Shown piece by piece: positions 1-14,152 of a stretch of DNA of 64,000 bases (position 1 is its first letter; every line of letters starts with the position of its first letter). The position numbers and the translations under genes were made by a program. The notes under the pieces were generated by a model that saw nothing but the letters and a program-made list of their open reading frames with translations, did no database searches and was not told the DNA's origin. The DNA is from Octopus sinensis (Eukaryota): positions 22,878,001 to 22,942,000 of the forward strand of contig NC_043016.1 of assembly GCF_006345805.1 (NCBI RefSeq). Direction: 5' to 3'.

Positions 1-870
1 GCCACATTTTCAGTTCCAGACTTTTGGAGAGCAACTGTAAAAGGTGATAATCTGAAGGCAAGGCACTATATGAGGAGAATACAGTGGGTGATTAGCATTA
101 GTGGTTAAATTAGTAGTGTGTGTGTGTGGAGGTAGGGGTGAACATTGTCATTTTAAAGAAGCATACTGAGTCATTTCAGCTGGATTGCCTCATTGAGCTG
201 GTGCATTTGTTAAACAAAAAGCTCTGCATTGACCTTATGGTTATTTGCAGACATTTTGTAATGAACTGGCTTTTCCCAATTCCATAAGCACAGATCACAT
301 TTTCTTGCATGGATGCAGCTCTGGCTTAACTCAAGCTTGCTTGTCAGGACTCAGTCATTCTTTCCTCTGCTTCATACTGACATAGACACACCATTTTTCA
401 TTGCTCGTGATGATGTGGTAAAGAAATCTCTGTTTGCATCTACAGGTAGCCTGGTCTTGAGCAAGAAAACTGGTGGTGATGGAGGAACTCTGGAATTTGT
501 CTCTTTTGTTCAGAGTGTCTAACAATCCATGTTTTTGGACCTTGCCCATCACGTGAAGGTGAGGTGATGGGTGTCAATATCATGAAGCATCCCAGCTGTT
601 GGGCTAATTCCCTAGAAGACTGGTGCAGATGAGTTGGTTCAGTTAATCCTCATTAAAACGAACAAGTTGGTCAGAATGTGGAACATTTGTGAAGCTGAAT
701 TTCCTCCTCCTTGAAGTGTAACAATCAGTTCTGAGCCATTCTTTCAGTAATAGCATACATAGTGTAAATGTCTTGAGTAGCTTTGACAACTTTGGAACCT
801 TGATTAAAAGTGAAGAGAAGCAGTCGTCGTAGATGCTCATTTTTTTTTCTACTTGACGCTCCATCATCAT
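1..870 (-). mobile_element. Degenerate mariner (Tc1/mariner DD34D) transposase remnant, running off the window start
   Basis: Minus-strand pieces match mariner motifs across frameshifts: MERQVEK... (N-terminus), FLYHIITSNEKWCVYVSMKQRKE (TGDEKW motif) and HPLYSPHI..SDYHL near position 40-100 (YSPDLAPSDY motif). Confidence 0.8.
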
Positions 871-973
871 ATTTCTGGAAAGAGATAAAATTTATTCAAA
901 TTCAAAAATGAGAAGCAAAAGTTGTAGAGGAAGAATAGAGCTACATAAAAAGAACCCATAAAATACTATGATA

Positions 974-1345
974 ATATTCTGTTGTGTCTGGGGAGAGTAA
1001 TTTTCTTTTTGTGCCTTATAATTTAACATACTCACTGGTAAAATTTCCACATTTCTTATTTTTATTTTCCTAAAATTTTCGTTGCATCTTGCAACCGTTT
1101 CAATAGTTTTGACTCTGTCTCTTATTTACAATGCATGCATAGGCACACACACACACATGCACACAAACAAACAAAAAGGAACGCAGTGTAAATAACGGAC
1201 AGAGTCAAGACTATTAAAAAGGTTGCAAGACGCAACAAAAATTTTAGGAAAATAAAAATAAGAAATAAGTGGAAATTTTACCGGTGAGTATGTTAAATTA
1301 TAAGGCACAAAAAGAAAATGGCTCTCCCCAGACACAACAGAATAT
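974..1345. mobile_element. Fold-back MITE with about 155-bp inverted arms and a probable TA target duplication
   Basis: The left arm atattctgttgtgtctggggagag...ttatttaca is the reverse complement of the right arm tgtaaataac...ctctccccagacacaacagaatat. A CA-rich spacer separates the arms, and TA flanks both ends. Confidence 0.85.
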
Positions 1346-1964
1346 GCTTCAACACATGAACTATGGTAATATTTTTCATGTTAATTCAAGTAACAGAAAG
1401 AAGTGAACAAATTTATCAACATAATGTGCGTGTATGTGTACTTCATTAATGTTGCATGGAATAGTACAGCATAATGTACTGTATTAATGCAGTGTTGTCT
1501 AGTATATACTATATAATAGAATACAGTGTAACAGTGTATGCATTATCATTATGAATTAATATAATAGTGTGTAGTGCATCATAATATTTATGTTGTTTAG
1601 CATAGTACATCGTAGTGTGTGTGTGTGTATGTATACATATACATACATACATATATATATATAGTGTGTGTGCATAATACACACACACACACACATATAT
1701 AGATAATGTAGCAATAAGAAAATGGAGGGGATCAATAGGTGGTTCATCAACTTTTAGACATTATATCATGTCAACTTATTTATTTATTTACTAAAATGAC
1801 AATTACAATAATATACATTTATGTATAACATATTATGCTTTAAATATAAAATATAAAATATATTAATATATAAGGATACCAGTAATTATTACAAAATAAC
1901 ATACATGAATATATATATATATATATATATTATAAAAAAATAGACTCCCTCGTATGCCAGGGAG

Positions 1965-2370
1965 TATCCCTAGAAGTAGTAGACTGTTTCCATTACTTAG
2001 GTGACCAAGCTAGTAGTAGGGGTGATTGTTCCAAAAGCATTGTAGCTAGAATAAGAATAGGCTGGGCAATGTCCAGAGAGCTACTACCTCTGTTAGTAAC
2101 TAAAGGCCTCTCCCTCAGAGTAAAAGGCAGATTGTTCGATGCCTGTGTACAAACAGCTGTGCTACCTGGTAGTGAGACATGGACTGTGACTACTGAGGAT
2201 ATGCAAAGACTTGAAAGAAATGAAACCAGTATGCTTCACTGGATGCGTATATTATAGAGTGTAAGTAAGTAGTTTGAAAGAAAAACTGAGTATATGTAGC
2301 ATCAGATGTAGTATACAAGAGAGAAGACTGTGTTGGTATTGCCATGTAATGTGTAGAAAAGCACCTGGTG
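1965..2370 (+). mobile_element. RTE LINE fragment (RT C-terminal part), degenerate
   Basis: EVVDCFHYLGDQ...RELLPLLVTKGLSLRVKGRLFDACVQTAVLPGSETW closely matches the intact RTE ORF at 22732-25533. Confidence 0.9.
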
Positions 2371-2929
2371 TACTGGTTCCACATAGGAAAGCTCCCATGT
2401 CAGTGCCACATAGAAAAACATCTGTGCTGGGGTCACATAGGAAAGCACTCATGTTGCATGGGAAATACCTGTGCTAGTTCCATGTAAGAACAACTGTGCT
2501 GGTCCCACATAAGGCGCTCGTGCCAGTTCTGCATACAAAGCACTCATTATGGTACCATAGAAAAAGCACTTAGTTCTTTCTATGAAGTGGTTGATGTTCA
2601 TTATCTTCATTTAACGTCTGTTTTTCCATGCTGGTATGGGTTGGATAGTTTGGCAGAAGCTGAGCAGCTGAAGGGCTGTACAAGCTCCTTGTCTGTTTTG
2701 GCATGGTTTCTATGGCTGGATGCCCTTCCTAATGCCAGCCACTTTACAGTGTATACTGGGTGCTTTTATATGCAGCACTGGCACAGGTGCTTTTTACATG
2801 GTACCAGCACCTACAAGCCCACAAAATTAGGGATACTCATCTGGAGAGGGTTGCAGGAGATGAGCCTGCGTACAAAGACAGCCATGCTTTTACTTAGCTT
2901 GATGAGTCTTTTCAAGCACAGCAAATCGT

Positions 2930-4500
2930 ATGGAATCTCAGTCCCCTGTCATCCCCTCTGCAAGTCCTAATGTCTGTAGATCCTTTCTCACCACTTCGTA
3001 CCACATCTTCCTGGGTCTACCCCTTCCACATATTCCCTCTACAATTAGAGATTAGCATCTCTTGATGCAACTGTCTTCATTCATATGGGTTACATGGCCA
3101 TATCAACACAGTCTTCTCTCTTGCACACTACAGCTGATGCTACATATACCCAGATTTTCTCTCAAATCATTTACACTCTCTCATGTATGCACACTGACAT
3201 TACCGATCCAGCAAAGCATACTGGCTTCATTTCTTTCAAGTCTTTACATATCCTCAGTAGTCACAGTCCATGTCTCACTGCCATGTAGCATAGCTGTTTT
3301 TACACAGGCATCATACAATATGCCTTTCATTCTTAGGGAGAGGCCATTCATTACTAATAGAGGTAGCAGCTCTCTGAACGTCATGCAACATATTCTTATT
3401 TTAGCAGCTATGCTTTTGGAGTGGAGGCACATGGCCTAGTAGTTAGAGCAGTGGACTTGCGGTCGAGGGATCGCGGGTTCGAATCTCAGACCAGGCGATG
3501 TATGTGTTTATGAGCGAAACACCTAAGCTCCATGCAGTTACGGCAGAGGGTAATGGCAAACTTCTGCTGACTCTTTTGCCACAACTTTCTGTCATTCTTT
3601 CCTCCTGCATCTTGCAGTTCACCTGCAATGGACTGGCGTCCCATCCAGGTAGGGAACCTATATGCCAAGGAAACCAGAAAACCGGCCCTATGAGCCAGGC
3701 ATGGCTCAAGAAGGAACAAACAATGCTTTTGGAACAACCACCCCTACTACCGACTTGGTCACCTAAGTAATGGGAACTGTCTTTTACTTCTTGGGATCCC
3801 TCCTGGCACATGAGGGAGTTTGTTTTTTGTGCATCCCTGGTGTTTAATGTACCTGCGCATCTGCCACATGTAAAGACTACTTTCTCCATTAGTTGCCCAG
3901 TGATACAGCTGCATCTCTTATGTGTCCATAGCTGGCACTGGGTACACCTTATGTAGTTTCTCCTTACACCTTTTCTCCATATCGGGCAGTGTCATCTCCC
4001 TGAATGGATCTGCAATTTGTCTGTTTTCCTACTTATTGATACTTGGGTCTTTACTAAATTAACTCTAAGGCCCTTTGATTCCAGACCTTGCTTCCGTACC
4101 TGAAATTTCTTCTCTAGTTTTGGTAGTGGTTCAGCAATAAGAACAAGGTCATCGGCTTAGAGGAGCTCCCAAGGGCAACTAGTCTTAAATTCCTCAGTTA
4201 TAGCTTGGAGGACCATGATAAATATGAGGGAGCTATGAACTGAACCCTGGTGGGCTCCTACTTGTAAATGAAGCTTCTCACGATACTCAGTGGTGACTCT
4301 CACCTTAGCATCCCTGTACATCGCTTTGACAACTCTCATTAACCACTCATCTATCACATTTTCTTTCATATGTGCTATGCTGCAGCTCATATACATCACT
4401 CTACTTGCATATAAGCCCCTGACCAATAATTCACTTTGTTTTGAGTTAATCAGTGTCCATGGTCCAGCACCAGTTGTCAAGCAGTGGTGGGGGACAAACA
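2930..4500 (-). mobile_element. Degenerate RTE LINE fragment interrupted by a SINE at 3421-3722
   Basis: Minus-strand ORF pieces IDEWLMRVVKAMYRDA...HQGSVHS...CPWELL, VFTCGRC, HYLGDQVGS and FRELLPLLV...HGSETW are homologous to the RTE ORF at 22.7-25.5 kb. Confidence 0.9.
3421..3722 (+). mobile_element. tRNA-derived SINE (family C, V-SINE-like central domain) with an 11-bp TSD
   Basis: A-box-like tggcctagtag and B-box ggttcgaatct, central gcaatggactggcgtcccatccagg and an (AAC)-rich tail. The TSD atgcttttgga occurs at 3410-3420 and 3723-3733. Confidence 0.85.
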
Positions 4501-4529
4501 CAGATATAAAGACACATCAACATCATTGT

Positions 4530-4990
4530 TGTTTAACATCCGCTTTCCATGCTGGCACGAGTTGGATGGTTTGACTGAGGGCTGGCGAGCCAGTAGGCTG
4601 CACCAAGCTCCAATCTGATCTGGCAGAGTTTCTGCAGCTTCCTAGATGCCCTTCCTAATGCCAACCACTCCAAGAGTGTAGTGGGTGCTTTTTACAGGCC
4701 ACCAGCATGAGGGGCCAGTCAGGCGGTAGTGGCATCGACCACACTCGAATGGTACTTTTTACATACCACCAGACCAATCAGCCAGCACTGGCATCAATCA
4801 CATTCAAATGGTGCTTTTTATGTACCACTGGTATGGGAGCCAGTCAGGCAGCACTGGCAATAATCATGCTCTAATGGAGCTTTTTATGTGCCAATCAGGT
4901 GGTATTGTCATTGGCCACAACAATGACTTCACTTGAATCAACAGGTCTTCGCAAGTGCAGTTTATTGCCCAATGATTGAAGGGTACTTTT
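4530..4990 (-). mobile_element. RTE 3'-UTR/tail fragment
   Basis: Reverse complement of the 3' terminus ...ggcattaggaagggcatc...ccagcatggaaagcggatgttaa seen at 26010-26165. Confidence 0.8.
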
Positions 4991-5270
4991 AAACGGGCCG
5001 GTTATGCTGCACTGTTTTTAAAAGGCTCGCTTCCCTCATGTTCGGTACAATGTGTTTATTATGGTAGTTTTGACTTTAAGAGTCCCTCATAGTGTGAGGC
5101 ATTTATGTACAGTAATCCCTTAATATAAATAAATATATTTAAAGGGAATAATTCATAAATTTTTCCCTTATGAGGTTTTTCAAGCTAACTACTTGATAAA
5201 TTCTTTAAAGATTTTATCCTATTTTAAAATTTTATATATATATATATATATACACACGCATACATATACA

Positions 5271-5425
5271 ATGCGCTTCTTTCAGTTTCCATCTACCAAA
5301 TCCACTCAGAATGCTTTGGTCAGCCTGAGGCTATAGAAGAAGACAGTTGCCCAAGGTGCCACCCTGGGACTGAACCTGGAATCACATGGTTGGAAAGCAA
5401 GCTTCTTACCACATGGCCATGCCTG
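5271..5425 (-). mobile_element. tRNA-derived SINE family A (5' part)
   Basis: ctttcagtttccatctaccaaatccactc...gctatagaagaagacagttgcccaaggtgcc...gggactgaacctgg, shared with many copies in the window. Confidence 0.8.
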
Positions 5426-5492
5426 GACCTAAATATATGTATATATACATATACACACATACCTACATACGTACGTACGTACGTACATACAT

Positions 5493-5565
<73 letters not shown>

Positions 5566-6757
5566 AAATATAATTAAGATTCCGGTGAATTAGGTGCTTA
5601 AATTGAGGCATATATATATATAGTTGTGTATGTATACATGAATATATAGATGTGTACATATGTTCTTATATGTACATTATGTAGACAAATACACACACAC
5701 ATACATACACTTTTTTCAGTTGACATACAAATTCAATAAACATATGAAGGTGCAGCCACACTTAAGTGGACAGGCTTTCAATGTAAGATAAAGAGAATGT
5801 TGAAAAGCAAAAGTAAGACACTTAGTAAATTCTAGGGTTTTTTTTTGTCTTAGTAATCATGATATTTGGACTGGACATGAAATGGATTACACTGCTAAGA
5901 AGAGCAGGGTGCCTCTATTTTAGTCATTAGTTTGACTTGGAAACATTAATCAAATTTTCTTTATCTGCTATGTTACTGTCTTCAAAATGTTGTCTTAGAT
6001 AGCATTGTGTAATGTAGTTTTTCATTCATGGTACCTGACAAAAAAAAAAAAATGGGTTAGTTATTTTTAGAATGTTTTTCATTTTAGCTGTGTTGAGAGT
6101 GTCCAGGCTGACCTGGGGCTAAATAATAACTCCAATGTAATATAGTACACTGTGCTATATTGCTGTATCACAGCATTAATATAGGACATTGAAATATTTT
6201 CCTTCTTTGAACCAGGGATGAAATTGTGTGGTCATTCATTGTGCTAGATATAGCAGCTAAATGTACTCAAAACCATCTTGAATAAAGAAAAGATGCGTTA
6301 GATTATGTAGTCAGTCATGCCTTTAAAAAAGAAAAGACATGATGATCATGATTGCATTGCCTTTTTATTGTGTTTCTGAGATTTGACCCAGGGCTTAGCA
6401 ACAACAACAACATCTCTGTTGAAAATGCACCACTGATAGAAAGAGCCCTTACATGGTTGCCTACTTACAAGATATAGTAACCAAATTTCTCTCAAATTAT
6501 ATTTTGCCATCTTTGAAAAAAATAGTCTGGAAATATTACAATAAGATGGTCATGGCTGAATTGTACATGATTTATTTAGTGCAGTATTGTAGCATTCATT
6601 TTAAATAAAGTGTAGTTCAGAACAATGTGGTTCGGTATACATTATTAGTATCGTGTGCTAAATTAATGTAGTGTGGAATACTATCATATAGAGTGGTAAT
6701 AGTGCAGTGTTATTATAATGTATGTTATTAATGCAATGACATCTGGTACTATACTAT

Positions 6758-7075
6758 ATTTTTTTTTTGTCGCCCTTTTCAAGCCTAGCCAGGCTCATGG
6801 GCCCAGTTTCCCGGTTTCTGTGGCATATGTGTTCCCCCCAGCTGGACGGGATGCAAGTCCATCGCAGCGTTACTCAAGAAACGGGAAGAGAGAGTGAGAG
6901 AAAGTTGTGGCGAAAGAGTACAACAGGGGTTGCCCCCCCCCCCTTCCGCTGGAGCCTCGTGGAGCTTTTAGGTGTTTTCGCTCAATAAACACACACAACG
7001 CCCAGTGTGGGAATCGAAATCGCGATCCTCCAACCATGAGTCCACTGCCCAACCACTGGACCATTGCGCATCCAC
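6758..7075 (-). mobile_element. SINE family C copy
   Basis: Reverse complement resembles 3421-3722 (ggttcgattc box, gcgatggacttgcatcccgtccag domain, gggcccatgagcctggctagg tail). Confidence 0.8.
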
Positions 7076-10000
7076 CATATACTATATAGTATAGTACAGA
7101 GTAATGATGTATGCATCATTGATATTGTTTGTGAAGTGCATAATATTCATGCTGTTTAGTATTGTACACTGTAGTATAATGTGCTGTATAGTATGATGCA
7201 GAGTAATGATATATCCATTATTGATACAGTGTAGTATAGTGTTCTGTAGTCTTATCATCATCATCATCATCTTTTAATGTCTGCCTCCATGCTGACATAA
7301 GTTGAACAGTTTGACAGGATCTGTTGAATTGAAGAACCATGTCAGGCTTCACTGGTCTGGTCAGTATAATTTCCATGCCCTCTCTAACACCATCCAGTCT
7401 ACAGAGTGTACTGTGTGCTTTGTTCCTGGCACCAGCACTAGTGAGGTTACTATATAGCTTGCACAACTAAGATCCTCTTTGACTGGGTAGGGCTACAGTA
7501 GAGGAATCCAGTTGGGAAGTCTAATGGTAGCTGCTTCTGATAGGACCCTATGGAGGTTCTACCCTACGACCCCTTCCCCTTTCCCCAGTTGACAGAGAAA
7601 ATGAAAGGATGAGTGGAATTTTGCTGAATGTACAGAATGACTCAGAATGTACAGGAAAAAATATTGTAAACCATTTGGTCTGATATGCTACCATTTCTGT
7701 CACTTCTACTGTTATTTAAATCCAAGTCAACTTTGAATGAGTAGACTTACAACCAAAGACATTTCAGCCTTACCCGTCCGATTTCCTTCCTGTATGCAGT
7801 GAACCCAAGACCACTTTACCCAAAATGTTCTTTTCTAAAATGGTTAAGTATAATTTGAAGGGATTTTAGCTTCTATTTCTAGCAGATTGAATGACCAGAT
7901 ACAAGCTCTTCATATTAGCTCAGGGAAATGTAGACAGCAGTTATTGGTAACTTATAAAAACCAAAAGCTAAGCAGTTAACATCTGACTACAGACTTAGTC
8001 TTGTTTTTGTTAAAACAATTATATTTCTTTTAGTCATATGAAAGCTATTAAACATTAAAATAACTAAAATACAGTAAAAGAACACAACAACAACAACAAC
8101 AACAATAATAATAATAATAATAAAAAAAACATTTTTGACAATGAGGCAAATTTTGATTGCTGAAAATGCTTCTCCTAGGAATTCCATTTACTTTGTCCTG
8201 ACTGTTTCTTTTAAAGTAAATTTTTATTGCCAGTTCTTTCCTTCACTTTTTCAAGTCTTATACATTCCTTGTATATTGGTTGCTTCTTAGTCTTGTACAT
8301 TGAAGGGACATCTGTGATTGTTTTATTATATTGTCTGGAGTCTGGTGTGAGTGTAAGCACAATGCATCAACACTCCTTTGTGACCCAGGTTGTAATAACA
8401 ATTGGTGAATTTTAAAAAGAATGAACATAGAACACATAATAAGACACTGATAGTGCAGTTGTAAGTGCAGTGCTAATAGAATAGCTGGACCAAGTTAGGA
8501 AAGTAATAGAAAGAATTATGGCACAAATAGTTGGGGAAGAGAAATATTTTTCTGTTTCTTTTAGCCAGAAGGGAAAATAGTACCCAACCCATGACCTTTA
8601 CAGAACTGACAAGACTGGTGAGAGATGGGAGGGAAGAAGGTATATCAAACTGGAACCTTGTCCTGAATGCTTGTAGTAGAGTGGAGTCTGTTAAAGACTG
8701 CTAAGGTACGACCAGGTGGTGGTAATAAACTGGGCAATGGATTTTTAACAGGGTGGAGTTGCATTGATAAATTATGCTGGTGTGAGTATAGATAAAGGAA
8801 GAATGAGAAAACCAGGATTAAATGTGACGATTTATTCAACCCGTTAAAAAGCATTAACATGGCGAGCTTGATGGACTATATCTTGAATGATACTGTCAGA
8901 AAATATATATAACGTTTCTCATGCAGTTGGTGCATGGTGATGTATGCAGTGTATAAAAGGAAAGCAAATACATGACATGCCTTCTGCTGGAGGAGAGGAA
9001 CAGATGTAATGTGTCAAAAGCTGTGAAATGAACTTGCTTTCTGATAAGATCTGAACTTGACCATGCAAACCTACCTCACTAAAGAATAGCGGGAAGATTT
9101 CTCCTTATACAGTTGATGATAGGCTCCAGCAATAATGTAAGAGTTTGAAGCTGGTTGTCTGTGAGTGCTCCTATGTTGATAGTCTACTTCTGTTCCTCTG
9201 GCCACAATAGAAAAGTCTTTGAGGACTCCTGTTTGTTGATGGCCTAAATATCATAGCTAACTCTATTAAACATTTAGAGAAGAAACCCTAACTTCCCTTT
9301 CATTTTTCTTCTGGGATCAATAACATAATCACAGCAATTTAGGGTAGGGGTTAGTGGAATGGTTAGAGTGTTGAACATGGTGCCCAGCAGTATTGGTTCC
9401 GGCTCTTTGTGTTTTAACAGCAATGCCTGCAACAATACTGTGACCAGGCTGGGGTTTAAAAACTTATGTTGTCCATGAGAGATGCTTAAATACAGTTGAG
9501 GTAAGATTCTCAATTGAAGAATTAACTAAAGAAAGTGCAACAACAACCCACAAAAGTGAGGCAATATGGCTAACTGAGACATACTGTGATTGGAAGGTTG
9601 TCAAAATAAAGGTAGCAGAGGTGCCACCTTTGCTGGTAGAGTGAACAAAACATATTCTGCAAGTCCACAAAAAGGGAAAGGAGAATTGGTCAAGTATAGG
9701 CATGGAATTGTGGTTACACACCAATTTGGAGAGTATCAAAATCATCCCTGACCTGATCAATATCCCTAATGGAACACAGCAGTAGGGGACACAAAGCTGA
9801 GATGTCACGTTTGTGACAAAACAAACCATTTAAAGGCTTTCTGCTCCATACAAAGAAAAAAAATTCCACTGCTGTAGACACCTCTAACACAACAACAACA
9901 ACAGCAACAAAGCAACAGTAGCAGCAGCACCACCACCAACAACATCAACGCGAAGAGTAGCAGCATCCAAAACAACAACAGAGAGATCTGTTTAATAACA

Positions 10001-11134
10001 TCATCAGCAAGCATTGCTACCACACCTGAGGAAAGCAATGATAACACATACACCATTGCAACTGAGATAAGCCTCACCCACATCAGTCAACCAGACCATC
10101 AGCTTAGAAATATATGATTGTAGATAAGGATAGTATAAGTTGTCCACTTTTTAAAATCATTGGCTACACAGACCACAAATTTGTGATCTGCACAGTCAAC
10201 TTAGATAGACTTTGTAGGCAGGGAACTGGTTACTGGAAGCTGAACACATCCTCGCAGCATGCCAAGCTTACAGAGATCAGATTAGTGAATTAGTTAAGTA
10301 GGCATTGATGGAGGTCAATCATCAACAACAAATGGTGGTTTGCCTTGAAAAGGGCAAGTAGAATCAATTGGGTTTAGTAAGGCATTAGTGATAGAAATGG
10401 ATAGAATAGAGGGAAACTTAGAAGTGCTTAGGGAAGGCATTGCAACCAATGAGCTGATGGTGAGACTGACCATAGACTAATTTGCCATCATAAAAGATGC
10501 ATTGTCAGAGATAAGTGCATGCTCTAAACAAGGATGGAATGAAAGCCACTCGATGGACCCAAGTGGCAGAGATGCAACGTGGTAACAAAGCCACAATTTG
10601 GTGGACTAAATTAGGTGTGTGGTACTCGAGCCCAAACAGATATGCAAGGAACCCCAACAGCACTTTGCCCAACTGTTTGGTACAAATGGCAGTCTGGAAC
10701 ATAGGATGGACTTCAGTGCCTACTTCAACAGCATGCCACAAATATTGGCAAGTGGGGTGGAGTGTTGCAAAATGCTGATAACAGCTGCAGAAATATAGGA
10801 TGTGATGAATGGTTGCACAGGAGAGGATGGGTTTTGAGAAAATTACCTGGTTTCAATGGCCTGCCAAACAAGACTCGTTTGGTAGCCTCTTAGCAGATAT
10901 CTACAACAAATGGTAGCAAAATAGGAGAATTCCTACTTCTATGAGTTGTGGAACATTGGCACTGTTGAGAAAGGACTGAAAAATGAGAATCAAATAGAAA
11001 ACTTTTAGGCCCATAAAACTGTTGAATGCAGATTTCAAAAATGGAACCTGGTGTGGACCCTAGGCTTACCAGTTCCTGTTAAGCCATCCAATCAATGCCA
11101 GCATGGAAAACAGATGTTAAATGTTGATTGAAAT

Positions 11135-11602
11135 CAAATACGATGACTGGCTTCTGTGCTAGTAGAGCGCTAAGAGCACCATCCGAGCATGATCATTGCC
11201 AGAGCAGCTAACTGGCTTCCATACCGGTAACACGTAAGAGGTACCATTCGAGCGTGATTGTTCCCAGCATCGCCTTACAGGCACTTGTGCTGCTGGCACA
11301 TGAAAAAAACATTTGAGCAAGATCGTTGCCAGTGCTGCTGGACTGGCTCCTGTGCATGTGGCATGTAAAAAACACCATTTGAGCATGGTCGTTGCCAGTA
11401 CCGCCTGACTGGCCCCCGTGCTGGTGGCACGTAAAAAGCACCCACTACACTCTTGGAGTGGTTGGCATTAGGAAGGGCATCCAGCTGTAGAAACTCTGCC
11501 AGATCAAGATTGGAGCCTGGTGCAACCATCTAGTTCACCAGTCCTCAGTCAAATCATCCAACCCATGCTAGCATGGAAAGCGGATGTTAAATGATGATGA
11601 TG
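11135..11602 (+). mobile_element. RTE 3'-UTR with a degenerate internal repeat array and (GAT)n tail
   Basis: Shares caccatccgagc...gccag units and the terminal catggaaagcggatgttaaatgatgatg with 25720-26165. Confidence 0.85.
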
Positions 11603-11851
11603 AAGATTGTTTGGAAAATAAGTCTAAAATAAAAGTATTGTACCTGCTTTAAATATTAAACCTTGTGTCCCCACCCCAGTAGCGACATTTTGTGAACTCA
11701 CAAAAGGAGTACCTTTGCATAGGATAAGAACTGATCTAAAGGTTCATGTGTTCTAACCTTATTAATACTGCTGTAACATTGTACCCCTGAACAAGGCACA
11801 TAACTCTGCCTTTATTAACAAAAACGACACTCTATATATGTTTTATATATA

Positions 11852-11928
<77 letters not shown>

Positions 11929-12267
11929 CCACACACAAAAGGAACAGGTTCCACTGCTTGCTTCACAGTTCAGTGGTTAGTGAAGGTGGTGGTAGAAGAT
12001 AGGGGACAATTGCTACACCATAACATAAAGGGGAAAAAAAAAGATATTCCAGGCGTGTAATCAGGAACAAATGAATGTATAACAGTGTAAATAGGGTACA
12101 TGTAAGTATTATGCATACACACATAGGCACATATAAATGTGTCTGTGTATGAAATGTTATATATATGTGTGTGTGTGTGTACATATACACATACATAAAC
12201 ACACACAACACATATGTACACACATACACTCATTGTATATGTAACTATTGCATATGATATATGCTTG

Positions 12268-12300
<33 letters not shown>

Positions 12301-12583
12301 ACTCACACACACACATACACACGCACACACACTTTGAATGTGTATCTTATTGATTGTTCATGCTAGTATATTATTTGGCTGTGTTTCCAACATTGTTCTA
12401 TATACCATATCGTAAGCCATTCACATCTGATAATGAAAGGACATTGATTAAACGTTAGCAGCCAATTGCAAAGAAAGAGCCGAGAGGGAAATGTGATAAT
12501 TTCTCATTGAGCTAATGAGGTCATTCACCTATTCAGTTACTATTATTATCATCATGATTATCATCATTATTATTGTTATTATC

Positions 12584-12615
<32 letters not shown>

Positions 12616-12803
12616 CATTATCACTATTATTATTATTATTATTATTATTATTTTTATTTTTATTTTTTTATTCAAATCCTACAATGGTAAACATTGTCTT
12701 TCATCCTTGTTGGGGGTCAATAAAATAACTCTTTAGCATGTACTTGGTTTTATTACCTTCAAAAAACCCTTCCTTAAATATGAGGCCTTATGCATGTGTT
12801 AGA

Positions 12804-12837
<34 letters not shown>

Positions 12838-13099
12838 TTAATAATGATAATAATAATAATAATAATTATAATAATAATAATAATAATAATAATGATAATG
12901 GATTCAAATTTTGGCACAAGGTCAGCAACTTTGGGGGAGAGGGTAAGTTGATTTCATCAACCCCAGTACTCAACTGGTACTTATTTTATTGACCCTGAAA
13001 GGATGAAGGGTAAAGTCAATCATCATCACCACCACCACCACCTCCACCACCTTCTCCTCCTCCTCCATTTGCACAGTGATCTTGTTAACTCCAGATTGT

Positions 13100-13290
13100 T
13101 TAACTGACTTCCTACCAAGCCAGATAGACAGTACTTTCTGCTGGATATTTGCTGTTTCCAAACATATCCTTTGCAATGTTGTCATGCTGGGAGAGATTCC
13201 AATTGTGTCAAGGTGTTTCTGAAGGTTTTTCATCATCAACCCAAATGCTCCAATTCTTGTTTGCATATTCTACATTCTCTCAACATCTAT
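13100..13290 (-). mobile_element. R4/Dong-like non-LTR retrotransposon, extreme C-terminal fragment
   Basis: IGAFGLMMKNLQKHLDTIGISPSMTTLQRICLETANIQQKVLSI resembles the C-terminus after the REL endonuclease and the copies at 29.3-30.8 kb. Confidence 0.65.
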
Positions 13291-13374
13291 TCTCAAGTCT
13301 GCATATTTTATAATTTTCTCATTTTTTTTATCATTGGTCTAATAATCTCCTGGGAAAGCTACATAGATCAGCAG

Positions 13375-13865
13375 ACATTATTATTATTGAGTGAGAGAGC
13401 AATGGAGGCCATCAAAGTGACCCTGGGGTACAAATATATGAAGCCCAATATACTCATCTACCATCTAATATGACTACCCATCTAATAAGGGTACACCAGG
13501 CACATGCATCACTACCATCTGTGCATGACATAGTGATCCCATATCAAGATAAACAGCCCATGACATTGCAGATGAGTCCCAGTTAGAATTTTCTTCAGGT
13601 TGAGTAGCCTATCCTGCTCAAAAGGTCCCTGAAAAAGGGTTGTTTAAGGATGGTGAACAAAACACTTCTGTTTCTAAGGGTGAGTTATTCAAACCCAAAG
13701 AATTCCTCTCAATACATATCCATGATGTTCCCACACTATTTCTGCTCGTGATCAGAGATGCACATATTGTCAGCCACTAAGGGGACATGCTCAACTGGTT
13801 ACGGTCAAGCAACTGACAAGCAAAGCTGTGGTATTAAGCAGAATATTTGCTGTAGCCCATCGTTT
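13375..13865 (-). repeat. Unclassified interspersed repeat ending in (AAT)n (copy 1)
   Basis: Colinear with 28720-29262 over more than 400 bp (gggtacaccaggcacatgcatcac...ctcaaaaggtccctgaaaaagg...gcagaatatttgctgtagcccatc). Confidence 0.8.
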
Positions 13866-13899
13866 ATTGTTATCATCATCATCATCATCATCATTATTA

Positions 13900-14108
13900 T
13901 AAAGGCAGCTAACTGGCAGAATCATTAGCACACTGGGTGACATGTTTAGCAGTATTTTGTCTGCTGCTATGTTCTGAGTTCAAATTCCTCCACGGTCGAC
14001 TTTATCTTTCATCCGTCGATAAATTAAGTAGCAATCAAGTACTGGGGTCGATGTAATCAGCTGTTCCCCTCCCCACAAATTCCAGGTCTTGTGTCTATAG
14101 TAGAAAGG

Positions 14109-14152
<44 letters not shown>

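Noticed and set aside
3421-3495. tRNA gene
   Set aside because: It has A and B boxes but continues into a SINE body and tail and is bounded by a TSD. The same applies to the other SINE heads.
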